Shown here piece after piece: positions 51,440 through 62,414 of a stretch of 64,000 bases of DNA. The DNA comes from Ginglymostoma cirratum. Lineage: Eukaryota. The notes under the pieces are model-generated. The model had not been told where the DNA came from. It saw only the letters and a list, made by a program, of their open reading frames with translations, and did not search any database. The stretch covers positions 5,321,371 to 5,385,370 of the forward strand of contig JAHRHZ010000009.1 in the NCBI GenBank assembly GCA_024137785.1, written 5' to 3'. Position 1 is the stretch's first letter. Every line of letters begins with the position of its first letter. The translations under genes were made by a program, and so were the position numbers.

Positions 51440-52060
51440 ATGGCAGGGAAAGGAAAATTGGTGTCTTGTCTTGTGGACAGGGACCTGCATGTCCTGGTGG
51501 CTGATAATACAGAAGATGATTCTCTTCCCCAGGATCAGCAATGTGGGCCATGAACCCCAGACTGTGCCAGCCCAGTCTGACATTGCTACCAAGGTTAATA
51601 CGGCCTCAGCTGTCTGGAGGAATGCCCAACTGGGTAGGAAAAACATCAATGACTTTTTTCGCTCAGCCATGGTAAAAGGACCCATCCTCTCCCTCTGTAG
51701 CTTACACTCTGTCTATCTCTACTTTCATATACACCTTCCACAAATTTTCACACTCTACCACTTTCACTATTACATACAACATCTACCTTCAGTCTAACTC
51801 CAACACCCACTAGCAGTGACCCTGCATTCCCTCTGTGCTGCCTACTCATTTGTTTGAAGTAACTTACCACTTATTTTCCCACCTGTCCCAGCACTAACAC
51901 CTGTGTCGCCCACTTTCCTCTCATTCATTCCCTCGGCTTTTGTCATTCCATGAGGGATATAACCCTCATTAGGGTAGGATGAGCCAAGACAGCTGGTAGG
52001 CTGCTGATATTCTGCTCCTCACCCCTTATAAGGAGAGGATATCAACCCTGACTGACCCAA
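51440..52060 (+). pseudogene. Harbinger Myb/SANT-like gene remnant (exon 1 51440-51671, exon 2 ~51950-52060)
   Basis: MAGKGKLVSCLVDRDLHVLV..[fs]..PQTVPAQSDIATKVNTASAVWRNAQLGRKNINDFFRSAM|gt, then AKTAGRL.DILLLTPYKERI. The start context gacatttgccccagacatggcag is nearly identical to that of the 5902 copy. Confidence 0.85.
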
Positions 52061-53396
52061 GTGGCTGACTGACCATGTCCAAGCCCCTGGACCGACACTG
52101 GGGGCTGCCCTTACCGTACCAAGCCGACACCCCCTGACTGAAGGCTGTCTCACTTTTGTTTGACTGAGGACTGCTGTTAATCATAATAATCTTCCTGGTT
52201 TTCTGTGTGTACTAAATGGTGGTTGCTCTGACTGAGGAGGCAAAATGCAAAAGGGCAAGGCAAGGCAGGATTGCTATGATTCTGAAAGTGAGCTAGCACT
52301 AAGACAGTGAGCAAACGGCACTGGGATGCAGCTGGACCAGTTGTGAACAGGTTACCTCTGAGCTCCAAAGTGCGGAATGTTTCATGAGTGGACCAGAGGT
52401 GACACAAGGCTTCTGAGAGACTGGCGGGTATCAGATGCCATGTCTGTTAACAACTCGAGATGGTGTTGTAGATGGCAGCCCAGAGATGTGAGCTGGAGTG
52501 ATGTGGAATCACCAGGTATCTACTCAGGCCTCCACATCAGCAATTGTCAACAATTAGCTTTCCTGTGGCAGGTGGTAGGATGTTAACCTCTTTTCTTAAT
52601 TAGCCTGTTCAGAGATGTTATTACACACCTCTGGAGCATATGGGACTTGACCCCAGGCTTCCAGGCACAGGGATCGAGGCACTACCACTGCATCACTACC
52701 TGGTAGGAAAGGAAGCTGCACATGAATGAAGTGAGATTCAGTGTGAATGAGGCTGTTAACAAGCAGCAATCCCTGTTGATAGGTAACTCAGTACCACATT
52801 ACTAGAATCTCTGCCTAACTTCAGAATTCAGTAGGAAAATACAGCTAATTGCTCCCCATGCCAAGATAGCCCCATTGGGCTCCTCATGCAAATCTCCCAG
52901 ATTTTTCACTGTAGCCCACATCGTTCAGGCCCCTATAGGATTCCAACCCCTGTTGCTGTCATTCTGTTGGCCACAATGTAAAATAAAACTGTCCAACAAC
53001 AAGCATTCCAAATCGAATTTATAACCAAACTATACCATAGTGCAGACAAATATCAATGACTCACCCCTTTGCACTCCCTTATCATCTGTCATGTAGGAGC
53101 CTGTGCCTTTCCTAGTGCTCCTATGCATTGTTATTCCAGTGGATGCAGTATGTTTGGTGGAAGGCTGATGACTTTCAGTAGAAGAGGTTACAATTCACCT
53201 TGCAGGACAACCTCGAGTAACTCTGGCTGTTTAATTTCACACTATACTACCTCAACAAGAGTGACAGTAGTCTGAGCTGGCTGACACTAATTGAAGGACA
53301 AATGTTATCGGTAAATATAACTGCACTGCCGCTACCCCAGCATAGCAGTTCATCCTTCTTTTGCAACGTGTTCAGAGACAATTGCTGGATTAGTAT

Positions 53397-54042
53397 TGTG
53401 ACCATATTATGGCTCAAGAGGTGTATTTTGTCCTGTTCTTGTTTGAAGAGAGGTTTTAATTTTGAAAGCCCATCAAGGAAACAGCTTATGAGGCATCTTT
53501 TGTTTTTAAGTTGAAACAAAAGAAGCAGCTTGCATGAGTGGGGCCAAGTTCCCACAGAACCAAGGTTTTTAGTTTTATTTTTCAGTAGCAGTTGCTGGGG
53601 TCTTCAAGCTGAGTTTGCAAGCTGCAGTGTATCTCTCCCTCTCACTCTCTCTCTCTCCTTACTACTCTCCCTCTCTCTCTCAGCATTTTCTCTTGGGGTC
53701 TTTTTTTTCCCTCCTGGACTAGAGAATTTCCCGGGAGACAATCTATTTTACTGAATTTGCCTTTTTCCAAGGGTGTGCTTATGGGATGTTATTATAATGG
53801 AACAGTTACCCAACAGTAGGTAGTATACCTGTTATTTTGTTATGCATTTTGATAGAACTACAGTTAGGCTAGTTCTTTGTTTTTGTCTGTATTTTAACTG
53901 TAGTTTGAAAATAAGTGTGTTTTGCTTAAAGCCAAGTTGTATTTGAAACACAATGCCTTACAGTTACCTTTAAAATAAGAAAATGTAAGGGTCTAGACTA
54001 TCTTGTGAATATATTTAAGCTGGTTTGACTTAGTTGATAACA
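53397..54042 (+). mobile_element. Solo LTR
   Basis: TGTGAC...GATAACA termini, flanks GTAT/GTAC (4-bp TSD with 1 mismatch), internal (CT)n tract. Confidence 0.6.
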
Positions 54043-54149
54043 GTACAATATGCTGCAAGCCCCTTTGAACTCTGGTAACAATTATTTACAATTTTCCTAA
54101 TCTGAGTTTATATGATTTCAGTCGGTGGTTGCACCTAGCTGTTATGCAC

Positions 54150-55445
54150 CTTCTGTTTGGTCTGTAATAGAAGCTGAGACATTAAACATCACAAATTCCA
54201 ACAGGCGTGGTTTCACCAAGTGTTGGATGGATTTGGCCATCAAGTCCACACTGAAGAGGATGGGCTGGCTCCAAGATTCATCCAAAGTCCAGTATCAAAG
54301 TTGGTGAATATACCCTCAATGCTTCTTCCCATTCTTCCCTAACTGCAGGTTTTCTGTCAATGTGCCAAGTGTGTACCAGCCTTCTCCTGTAGGCTGTCCT
54401 CCTTTGAATCCTATGTAAGAGAACTCTTTGGCAACCATACTTCGCGACAAGATCGCACCATTGTGCCCACCAGTAGCTCCAAATCTCTTAGCTAGTCTCT
54501 GCTGTATCTCAGTTACTGAGATGGCCTGAGAAGAAGTAACAGCCTTTCTTTTTCATCACTGTCTTTGTCTCTTCTATCTATTTCACTTCCACTGCTACCT
54601 TGGTACATGAAAGGAGAATTGCCTAAGTGTACAGGTGTTATGGGAACAAATGGATTGGGGATGAGAGGAAACCAAGAGGCACAACAATGCTCATGTGGAG
54701 CTTGTACATTGTAACCAACTGTGGGTTGAGGGAGAGAAGGAATGCGAGAAGTAGGATGAGGTATGAGTATATTATTAACTTCTGTCTTCTCAGCTATGTC
54801 ACTGATCAGACCTCAGTCACAACTATTCCATTAATGGTGAGCACCATATCTTTTATAGGTGTGAGGGTTTTCGGATGCAATTGCCTATCCCCCGGCTGGT
54901 TCTTGGTGCTGCCAGTTTTGGTTCACCCTGTCTTGCATGAGAGAGGATAATATGTCAGTGAATGCAGTGAACTGTATTTGTATGATATGACTGCAATCAT
55001 TAATAAACTGGCATTGTGTCCAAGATATGAGATGTGCAAATGAGACTTCTACAAGTTCCAAATGTATGAGGGTTAGGTGAACCTGTGAACGTTTTATATT
55101 CGTTGTTGACGGTAGTGATTATTGGCAGCTGAGTGATTGGGTGTGGTATATCGAGCACTTTGTGCATGAAAACACTTAGCATAATCTGAAAATAAACTCA
55201 CTGACCACGATAATTGATGTCAGCTCATTGAATGGCTTGTGATGCTGCATCCAGATACTTTGGACAACACTGTTGGCTTTGCCTGTATGATTATCTGCTC
55301 CAGGTTCTTTGCGGAGTTGGTTTTGGTTGGTACCCTAGTGCACTTGAAGGAGAGGAATTCTCTCCTCCTGCTTATCTCCATCATCAAGTCTTTCAGTGTG
55401 ACATCAAAGAATCTTGGAGCATGCTCTCAGCTCGGTTACCCCCAT
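54150..55445 (-). pseudogene. Three-exon Harbinger Myb/SANT-like gene remnant (different subfamily)
   Basis: Exon 1 (~55206-55445) reads EHAPRFFDVTLKDLMMEISRRREFL...SIWMQHHKPFNEL. Exon 2 (~54780-54935) reads DRVNQNWQHQEPAGDRQLHPKTLTPIKDMVLTING. Exon 3 includes TAYRRRLV...LGTLTENL. Confidence 0.8.
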
Positions 55446-56916
55446 TATTAATTCAGTGCTCCCCTTGCTTACAATGTTTTCTGCAGTCTATTTCAATGCC
55501 TGCTCCAGTCCAAATTCTTCTTTTCTTTCGAGAGAGCAGGCTTGTTTTACGTGGTGTTAGGGCATATCTGAGTTCCCTGCTGAGGTGTGGATTCACTCGG
55601 TGACTTTTAGTTGTAAATAACTACGATCTAATCAGCAGGCAATGTAAAGTTTGCCTGCTACCTGCCTTGGAAATGAGGAGCCGGATTAACAATATATTGC
55701 AAAACCCTTACCTAGTTACAGGATCTGTTTAATTTCATGGTATTTGTGTTTTTATCTGTCTGTCTGTCTGTCGATTTCTCTCCATTGTCCATTTGTTTAT
55801 TTAAAGATTTGTAATTTTATTTGTTCTGCAAATTTCGTATTAGTAATTATTTTGAAACACTAACAGTTCTGAATGTAAAACAGAAATTGTTTCAGCTATA
55901 ATGTCATGCATTGAATATTTCTCAGATTGTTTCAGTTTCTAAAAGTTGAACATAATGTAGTCAGCCCATTGAAATTCCAGTTTTACGTTGCCAACATTTA
56001 ATAGGGTGAATTACAAATTATACTGTCACATGTGATATTATGATCTAAATTCTATGCACACAAGTCTTATCTCTGCTCTTCTGATTATGCTGAGGGAGTT
56101 CTGTGAAACTTTGGCTCAGGTCCAGTACATAGAGACATTAAGCCACCAATAAGAGCTAGCTTACACAGGTGAGCATTCATATTTCTTAGGAAATTGCTTC
56201 TAACATCATAAAATGTGAATATTGTGAAGCTGAATCAAGTGCTGTGATCATACCAGATGGTGTGGGGGTCTCTTGACTTCTGGGAGGCCTGGAGTGTGTC
56301 TCCGGCTCATGGAAAATAACTGCAGATGCATCGCTTGTGGACCATGCAAAATGGGCACTGCTAGACCAGGGAAACATGAACTTCACGATGGCTGGGGAAA
56401 TAATCACATGCTTGAAAGGGCAGTGGAAGCAGAATCAAAAGTAACCTCCAAAAGGGATTGAATAGGATACCTGATGAGAAAATAATAAAGATCTATGGAG
56501 AAAAAGCAAGGAAATAGAACTATTTCAATCTCAAAGAGCATGGGTAAATACTCTCATTCTGAGCTGTACAATTCTATGGTATACTTTCTGAAGGGAAAAG
56601 CAAGTTCATTTGAGGTTGTGCAAATTTAGCCAAGTCAAGTTAAATTTTTACCTTATGACAGTGAGTGCACATCAGAAGTATTGAATCAGATATGAAGTGT
56701 TTTAGGACATCCTTTGCTTGAGTAAGCTGTCACTTTCATGCAAGTTATTTTTGTCCTTTACTCTTGTTATTTGAGTGTCTGAGATGAGGGCTGGAGGAAT
56801 AACATTTATTTTGCAACCATCATTTTGCCGACACTAATCAGGGAGAGATCTTCATTGCCTTAAAAAATTACCTTAAAAGAACATTCAGTATTATGGAGAA
56901 ATAAATCAAAAGAGTT

Positions 56917-57930
56917 GGATTTACATTTAGTTTTAATTGTCATGTGTATTGAAGTACAGAAGTACAGGAGTATAGCAAAATGTGTACAGGACCACCACAT
57001 ATGGCACCATCTTAGGTACAAAGTACCTAGGTACAAAAAAGTTAAGTACAAAGTAGTAAAAGAAATAAAGTTTAAAACATTAAACTTTACTTTCATAGAA
57101 TAAGTTGAAGAATAAAGAAATAAAGTAATAGTTAACATTAAACTCCTTCGAGTCATAGAGTCATACAACACGGAAACAGACTCTTCAGTCCAACCAGTCC
57201 ATGCTGAATACAATCCCAAATGAATCTAGCCCCACTTACCTGCATCTGGCCTATATCACTCCTAACCTTTCCTATTCATAGACTTATCCAAACGTCTTTT
57301 AAAAGTAACTGTATCCACTTCCACCACTTCCTCCGGAAGTTCATCCACACATGAGCCATCCTTCGTGTAAAAGATTTTCCCTCTCATGTCTTTTTTAAAT
57401 CTCTCTCCTCTCACCTTAAAAATGTGCCCCCAAGTCTTGAAACCCCCCATCCTAGGGAAAATCACTTACGATTAACTCTTTCTATACCTCTCAGGATTTT
57501 AAAAACTTCCACAAGGTCACCGCTCAACCTCCTACACGCCAGTGAAAAAAGCCCCAGCCTAACTCGCCTCTCCTTATAACTCGAACCTTGCATACCCCAC
57601 AACATCCTAGTAACTCTCTCCTGAACCCTCTCCAGCTTGATAATATCCTTTCTGTAACTGGGCGACCAGAACTGGCCACAGCACTCCAGAAGAGACCTCA
57701 CTAAAATAATGTTCTGAATAAAAACTAGAAAAATAAAAGGAATAATGTTAAAAGTTCAATAGTCTTTGCTGAGTCCTCAGCTTAGCTTGGTCTCCGGGAG
57801 ACCTCAGCTGGCTGTTCTCAATGCCACTGCCACCACCAGCAGATACTGGGGGACCTCCCTCGTCGCTCGATCTTCCTGTATTAGGCTGCAATACTATCAC
57901 TTCTGTTGCTGAAACTGCTGCCCAAAGCTG
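56917..57930 (-). mobile_element. Non-coding retroelement with aagatggtgcc...tacacatgacaattaaa tail, split by CR1
   Basis: Minus strand reads cctaagatggtgccatatg...ttttgctatactcctgtacttctgtacttcaatacacatgacaattaaaac; GC-richer body at 57770-57930. Confidence 0.5.
57150..57702 (-). mobile_element. CR1 LINE 3' end
   Basis: LECCGQFWSPSYRKDIIKLERVQERVTRM...RRLSGDLVEVFKILRG (ORF 57462-57701) plus tail. Confidence 0.92.
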
Positions 57931-58819
57931 CTAAGATCTGAACTGTTAATTTACAGTTGAAAGCTAGAAAGCCACTAGCCACAGTTGAGTATCTAGCAAT
58001 TGGACACAGGGATCACAATGGATACTTCCTAACCTGCTACTCAACCAGCTAAAAAATGCAGGCATGTCATTAAGTAAAGGAAAGCACATGAATAGAGACC
58101 AAAGAGCTGTACAATTAACATAATAGATATCAGTAAAATGTACACACTAATATAAAACTCATCAAATGCATCTAAATCAACGACATTGTTGAATATTCGT
58201 TAGTATTTGTACATGTTGTGATATTCAAGTACACGTCCTGAGTTTTGAAGAGAATAAGTTGCACCATAATACTTGGAAAATCCTAAAATATACAACTCAG
58301 CTTTGAAAGGTGTCCACTACTAAGACGTGGTTGGATAATCATCCTGACAGTGCAGGGGTGGGGATGATCGTTGCCCAAGGCTCTGCTTGAAATGTTAAAC
58401 TCCTGGCGCGTTGGCTTCAGAAATAGCACAGGAGTGAAGGCGTTGATCAGAAGCCCTGCTTTCTAAAACTGTTTTTGACATTTTTTTTTAACTTAATATT
58501 GAATCACATAATAAACAATATAAGTTTATTAAATTGTAAATCTTTTCTGGTAAAGATATCCTCAATTATTTATATGATGGATACATGGAGACAAGGTTTA
58601 TTGTAAGACCATAGCTCTTTGTGGAGGCATAGGAAGCAGAAGGAATAACTGATTTCCAGTTTTGAGAATAAAGAGGGTTAATGTCCAGAAAGTGAGAGAT
58701 TTTATGTTGGACCAGTCTTTGAGATGACAACTGACAGCTACAATAGTCCCTTTCAAGGAATGAGGAGAGGTTACCTTCAATTTCTGAGAATTGGTTCAAG
58801 GGTACTCCGAACAGCAGGT

Positions 58820-59400
58820 CCTCATTTCCTCTTCCTATGATCCCTATGCCCTCAGTAACAACAATGGCACAGGGCAATCCCACAGCTCTGCTGAAGCCCC
58901 TCAGCTTCAGTCATGGTTTCTACATCTTTCCCATGTCCAATCTGACTGAAGGTACAATCTCTTCCTTGAATTTCCAATGAGCAAACCACAACTTGCCTAA
59001 GTACCAACTCTGCAGAGAGAGAGAGAGAGAGAGGAAGCGAAAGAAAGAGAGAAAGTGGAGGTGAAGTTCAAGGATGGCACTTACCATTATGCAAAAATGT
59101 GGCCTCAGTCTGTGGTTGGAACTGGAGCTCAGACATCTGCAGGAAATTCATCCATTGTGCGTTAGTCACTGCCAGCAATAGGCCTTTCTTTGCAAAGGAG
59201 ATGAATGTCACATCCCTCTGTGCCCATCTGTGGAATCTCGATCAGCAAAGTAACCCACTCACTGGTAATGTGTGCCCTGATGTGCCCTGCTACTGTCTGG
59301 ATTTCCTTCCGTCTGATCTGCTCCTGTTCAGGGTGAAGAAGGAAGACCAAAACATTGGATGGAATTGCCCTATGGTGGGTAAGCTTTCTGCTAACACTTC
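58820..59400 (-). mobile_element. Harbinger transposase N-terminal remnant interrupted by a (GA)n tract
   Basis: VFLLHPEQEQIRRK...KERP...QWMNFLQMSELQ.[fs].HRLR resembles RMSFLQMSEEQCRRRLR; later QSCGIALCHCC resembles LCGISQ..HCC. Confidence 0.55.
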
Positions 59401-60502
59401 CTGTTCTGCCATTCAGTCCAGCCAATGACCCCAAATCTTCCCTTGCATTCATCCCCTGGGACCAAATTCCAGTGCCTTTGCAACTCTTGCAACATACATC
59501 ATCAACACTTTTGCCACCTTCCAGCAATTCATCACGTTCCATCAACTCCTGACCTTTTCCTGGCCAGCTGCAGGGACATTTATTTTATGCTTCTATCTGA
59601 ACTTGGCTCTGGCTGGCTTGGTAACATTCACCCAGAGTGTTACTAACTGAGTCAAGGCTATTAGTGTCACAGCTCACTGGTATCTCTATGGCTTTCCCTC
59701 ACGGCTCACTGACAATTACTCACGATGAGTTGAAAAACACTTTATACAAGATTTATTACAGCATCATCTGCTGTTTATTACAACTGAATCATATTTAACA
59801 ACATATTTTAACATTTGTTAGTAACAATTTGACTGTAAAGTCAAGAAGACGCTGAAAACCTTGCAAAGAAAATAAATAAACAGGTAAATCAATCAAGTTT
59901 GCAATAAATAAATATCTGAATAAGAAAAACAACAAATAATAGCTGTTGTCTTGCAGGATTTTTGAAAATCAAATGCAAGATGGTACACTAAGCAAAATAA
60001 TAAATGTACATGCTTACACCTAAACAGAAAAGATACTTTTCACACAGTCAGGAGTGACAAACAATGTAGAAAACAGATGCTAACAAGTAAACTTGTGTTA
60101 TTTAATCCTTCGGTCGACTGCACATTCCCATTTGGTCCTGAACGATTTTCTACACGATGCACTCTGTGTAGATGCAAAAGAATGCAACTGTTGCACTCCC
60201 TCTTTAATAATAAAAAATTGCAACAACCTGAAGGCATCGCAGCAAAAATAGCAGGTGCCAGAAACATGGCTTGAAACCAGCATGTTGGCCTGCTCCAGGA
60301 CTTTTGCAACCCATTTGCCCTTTGTCCAAACATTGGTGGGACCCAGAAATCCATCTTTCCATCCTTTTCACTCTCACTGTCATATTTATCTTCTAGATGT
60401 GCAAGGCTAATTCTGTTTGTTCTCTGCCACCATCCAAGTATCATTTATTTCCATGCATCACATGTTAGCATCACAAGGGTGTGTGTGATATGTATACATA
60501 TC

Positions 60503-60790
60503 CACCAGGGACCCAGGTTCAATTCCGCCCTAGGAGTTTGCACATTCTTGCCCTGTCTGGGTGGCTTTCCTCCAGGTGCTTTGGTTTCCTCCCACTGTCC
60601 AAAGAGGTGAGATTAGGTGGATTGGCCACGCTAAATTGCCCTAGTGTCCAGGGATAAGTAGGCTAGGTGGATTAGCCATGGGAAATACAGGGTTACAAGA
60701 ATAAGGTGGGTTTGAGTGAGATGCTCTTCAGAGAGTCAGTGTGGACTTGATGGGCCAAATGGCCTGCTTCCACACTGCATGGATTCTATG
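60503..60790 (+). mobile_element. HE1/V-SINE (5'-truncated)
   Basis: ccagggacccaggttcaattcc...ggagtttgcacattc...ggattggccacgctaaattgccc. Confidence 0.88.
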
Positions 60791-61270
60791 ATATTAACAT
60801 GAAATTAAACAGATGGCACCATTACGTTGAATTTATTTTATTGTGTACATTTTGTGCTGTGGGAGGCAAAAATCCAAAATTTGTAACAATCAGGGAACGG
60901 ACTTTCCTAGGGGCTGCGACATTTGACTGTTGAGAAATATAAATTACATTCAATATTGACAAGAAAAAAGGGTGGGTCTTGATCCAAGGCTTTAAATACA
61001 GTTGAGGGGTCACTGAAGAGCAATTTTGGAGTCACATTTAGTTGGAGAACATAGCAGATAAAGACTGGGTCCAAGCAAAGATAAAACCTATTTAACTAGA
61101 CTGCTGAAAATAGGAGGAGGTACAGCAAAGTGTTGGGTTATGGTTCATAGAAAAGTCCTTGGAGCTGTGGGGACATTTCTGAGTCAGTGGAGCTGTGAGC
61201 AAGGGGAAAGGAAGCTGCCAAGCAATAACTGGTGCAATTGAGACAGATTAGAATTCAGGAAACAGGACGA

Positions 61271-62375
61271 TCCTGCAACACATCCCTCCTGCCCCGTCCC
61301 CGCAATAAAAGCCAAAAAAGAATCCCCCTCGTCCTCACGTACCACCCCACCAACCTCCGGATCCAACGCATCATCCTCCGACACTTCCGCCATCTGCAAT
61401 CCAACCCCACCACCAAAGACATTTTTCCCTCCCCACCCTTATCTGCCTTCCGGAGGGACCACTCCCTCCGCGACTCCCTTGTCCGCTCCACACCCCCCTC
61501 CAGCCCCACCACACCCGGCACTTTTCCTTGTAACCGCAGGAAGTGCTACACCTGCCCCTACACCTCCTCCCTCACCCCCAGCCCAGGCCCCAAGAAGACT
61601 TTCCACATCAGGCAGATGTTCACCTGCACATCTGCCAATGTGGTATACTGCATCCGCTGTACCCGTTGTGGCCACCTCTACATCGGGGAAACCAAGCGCA
61701 GGCTTGGGGACCGCTTTGCAGAACACTTGCGCTCAGTTCGCAACAAACAACTGCACCTCCCAGTCGCGAACCATTTCAACTCCCCCTCCCATTCCTCAGA
61801 TGACATGTCCATCCTGGGCCTCCAGCAGTGCCACAATGATGCCACCCGAAGGCTGCAGGAACAGCAAATCATATTCAGCCTGGGAACCCTGCAGCCCAAT
61901 GGTATCAATGTGGATTTTACAAGCTTCAAAATCTCCCCTCCCCCAACCGCATCCCAAAACCAGACCAGCTCGTCCCCGCCTCCCTAACTTGTTCTTCCTC
62001 CTACCTATCCCCTCCTCCCACCTCAAGCCACACCCCCATCTCCTACCTACTAACCTCATCCCGCCCCCATGACCTGTCCATCCTCCCTGGACTGACCTCT
62101 CTCCTCCCTACCTCCCCACCTACACTCACCTTTACTGGCTCCATCTCCGCCTCTTTGACTTGTCTGTCTCCTCTCCTCTATCCATCCTCTATCCGCCTCC
62201 CCCTCTCTCCCTATTTATTTCAGAACCCTCTTCCCCTCCCCCATTTCTGATGAAGGGTCTAGGCCCGAAACATCAAGCTTTCCTGCTCCTATGATGCTGC
62301 TTGGCCTGCTGTGTTCACTCAGCTCTACACCTTGTTACCTCGGATTCTCCAGCATCTGCAGTTCCAATTATCTCT
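61271..62375 (+). mobile_element. Penelope-like element (Neptune type), 5'-truncated, with open Zn-linker/GIY-YIG ORF to 61987
   Basis: RIPLVLTYHP...FPCNRRKCYTC (Cys linker)...NVVYCIRCTRCGHLYIGETKRRLGDRFAEH...PVANHF...LGTLQPNGINVDF; tail has a hammerhead motif at 62247-62274 (GAAACATC, CpG-decayed). Confidence 0.95.
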
Positions 62376-62414
62376 AGTATTGGCTTGGTGAAGTTTTCTT
62401 GTTACTTAAACAAA

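Noticed and set aside
54349-54414. 66-nt + strand exon-like segment (ctgcag|...|gtaaga)
   Set aside because: It lies antisense within the Harbinger Myb exon-3 remnant and encodes no recognisable peptide.
18507-58353. Shared 15-mer TCATCCTGACA(C/G)TGC at 18507(-) and 58339(+)
   Set aside because: A 14/15 match is expected by chance in 64 kb.
58775-59567. Apparent two-exon minus-strand gene with a 75-nt intron and a RhoGAP-like LFGVPL motif
   Set aside because: No frame stays open across the exons, the polypyrimidine tract is a microsatellite, and the translation fits a decayed Harbinger transposase N-terminus better.
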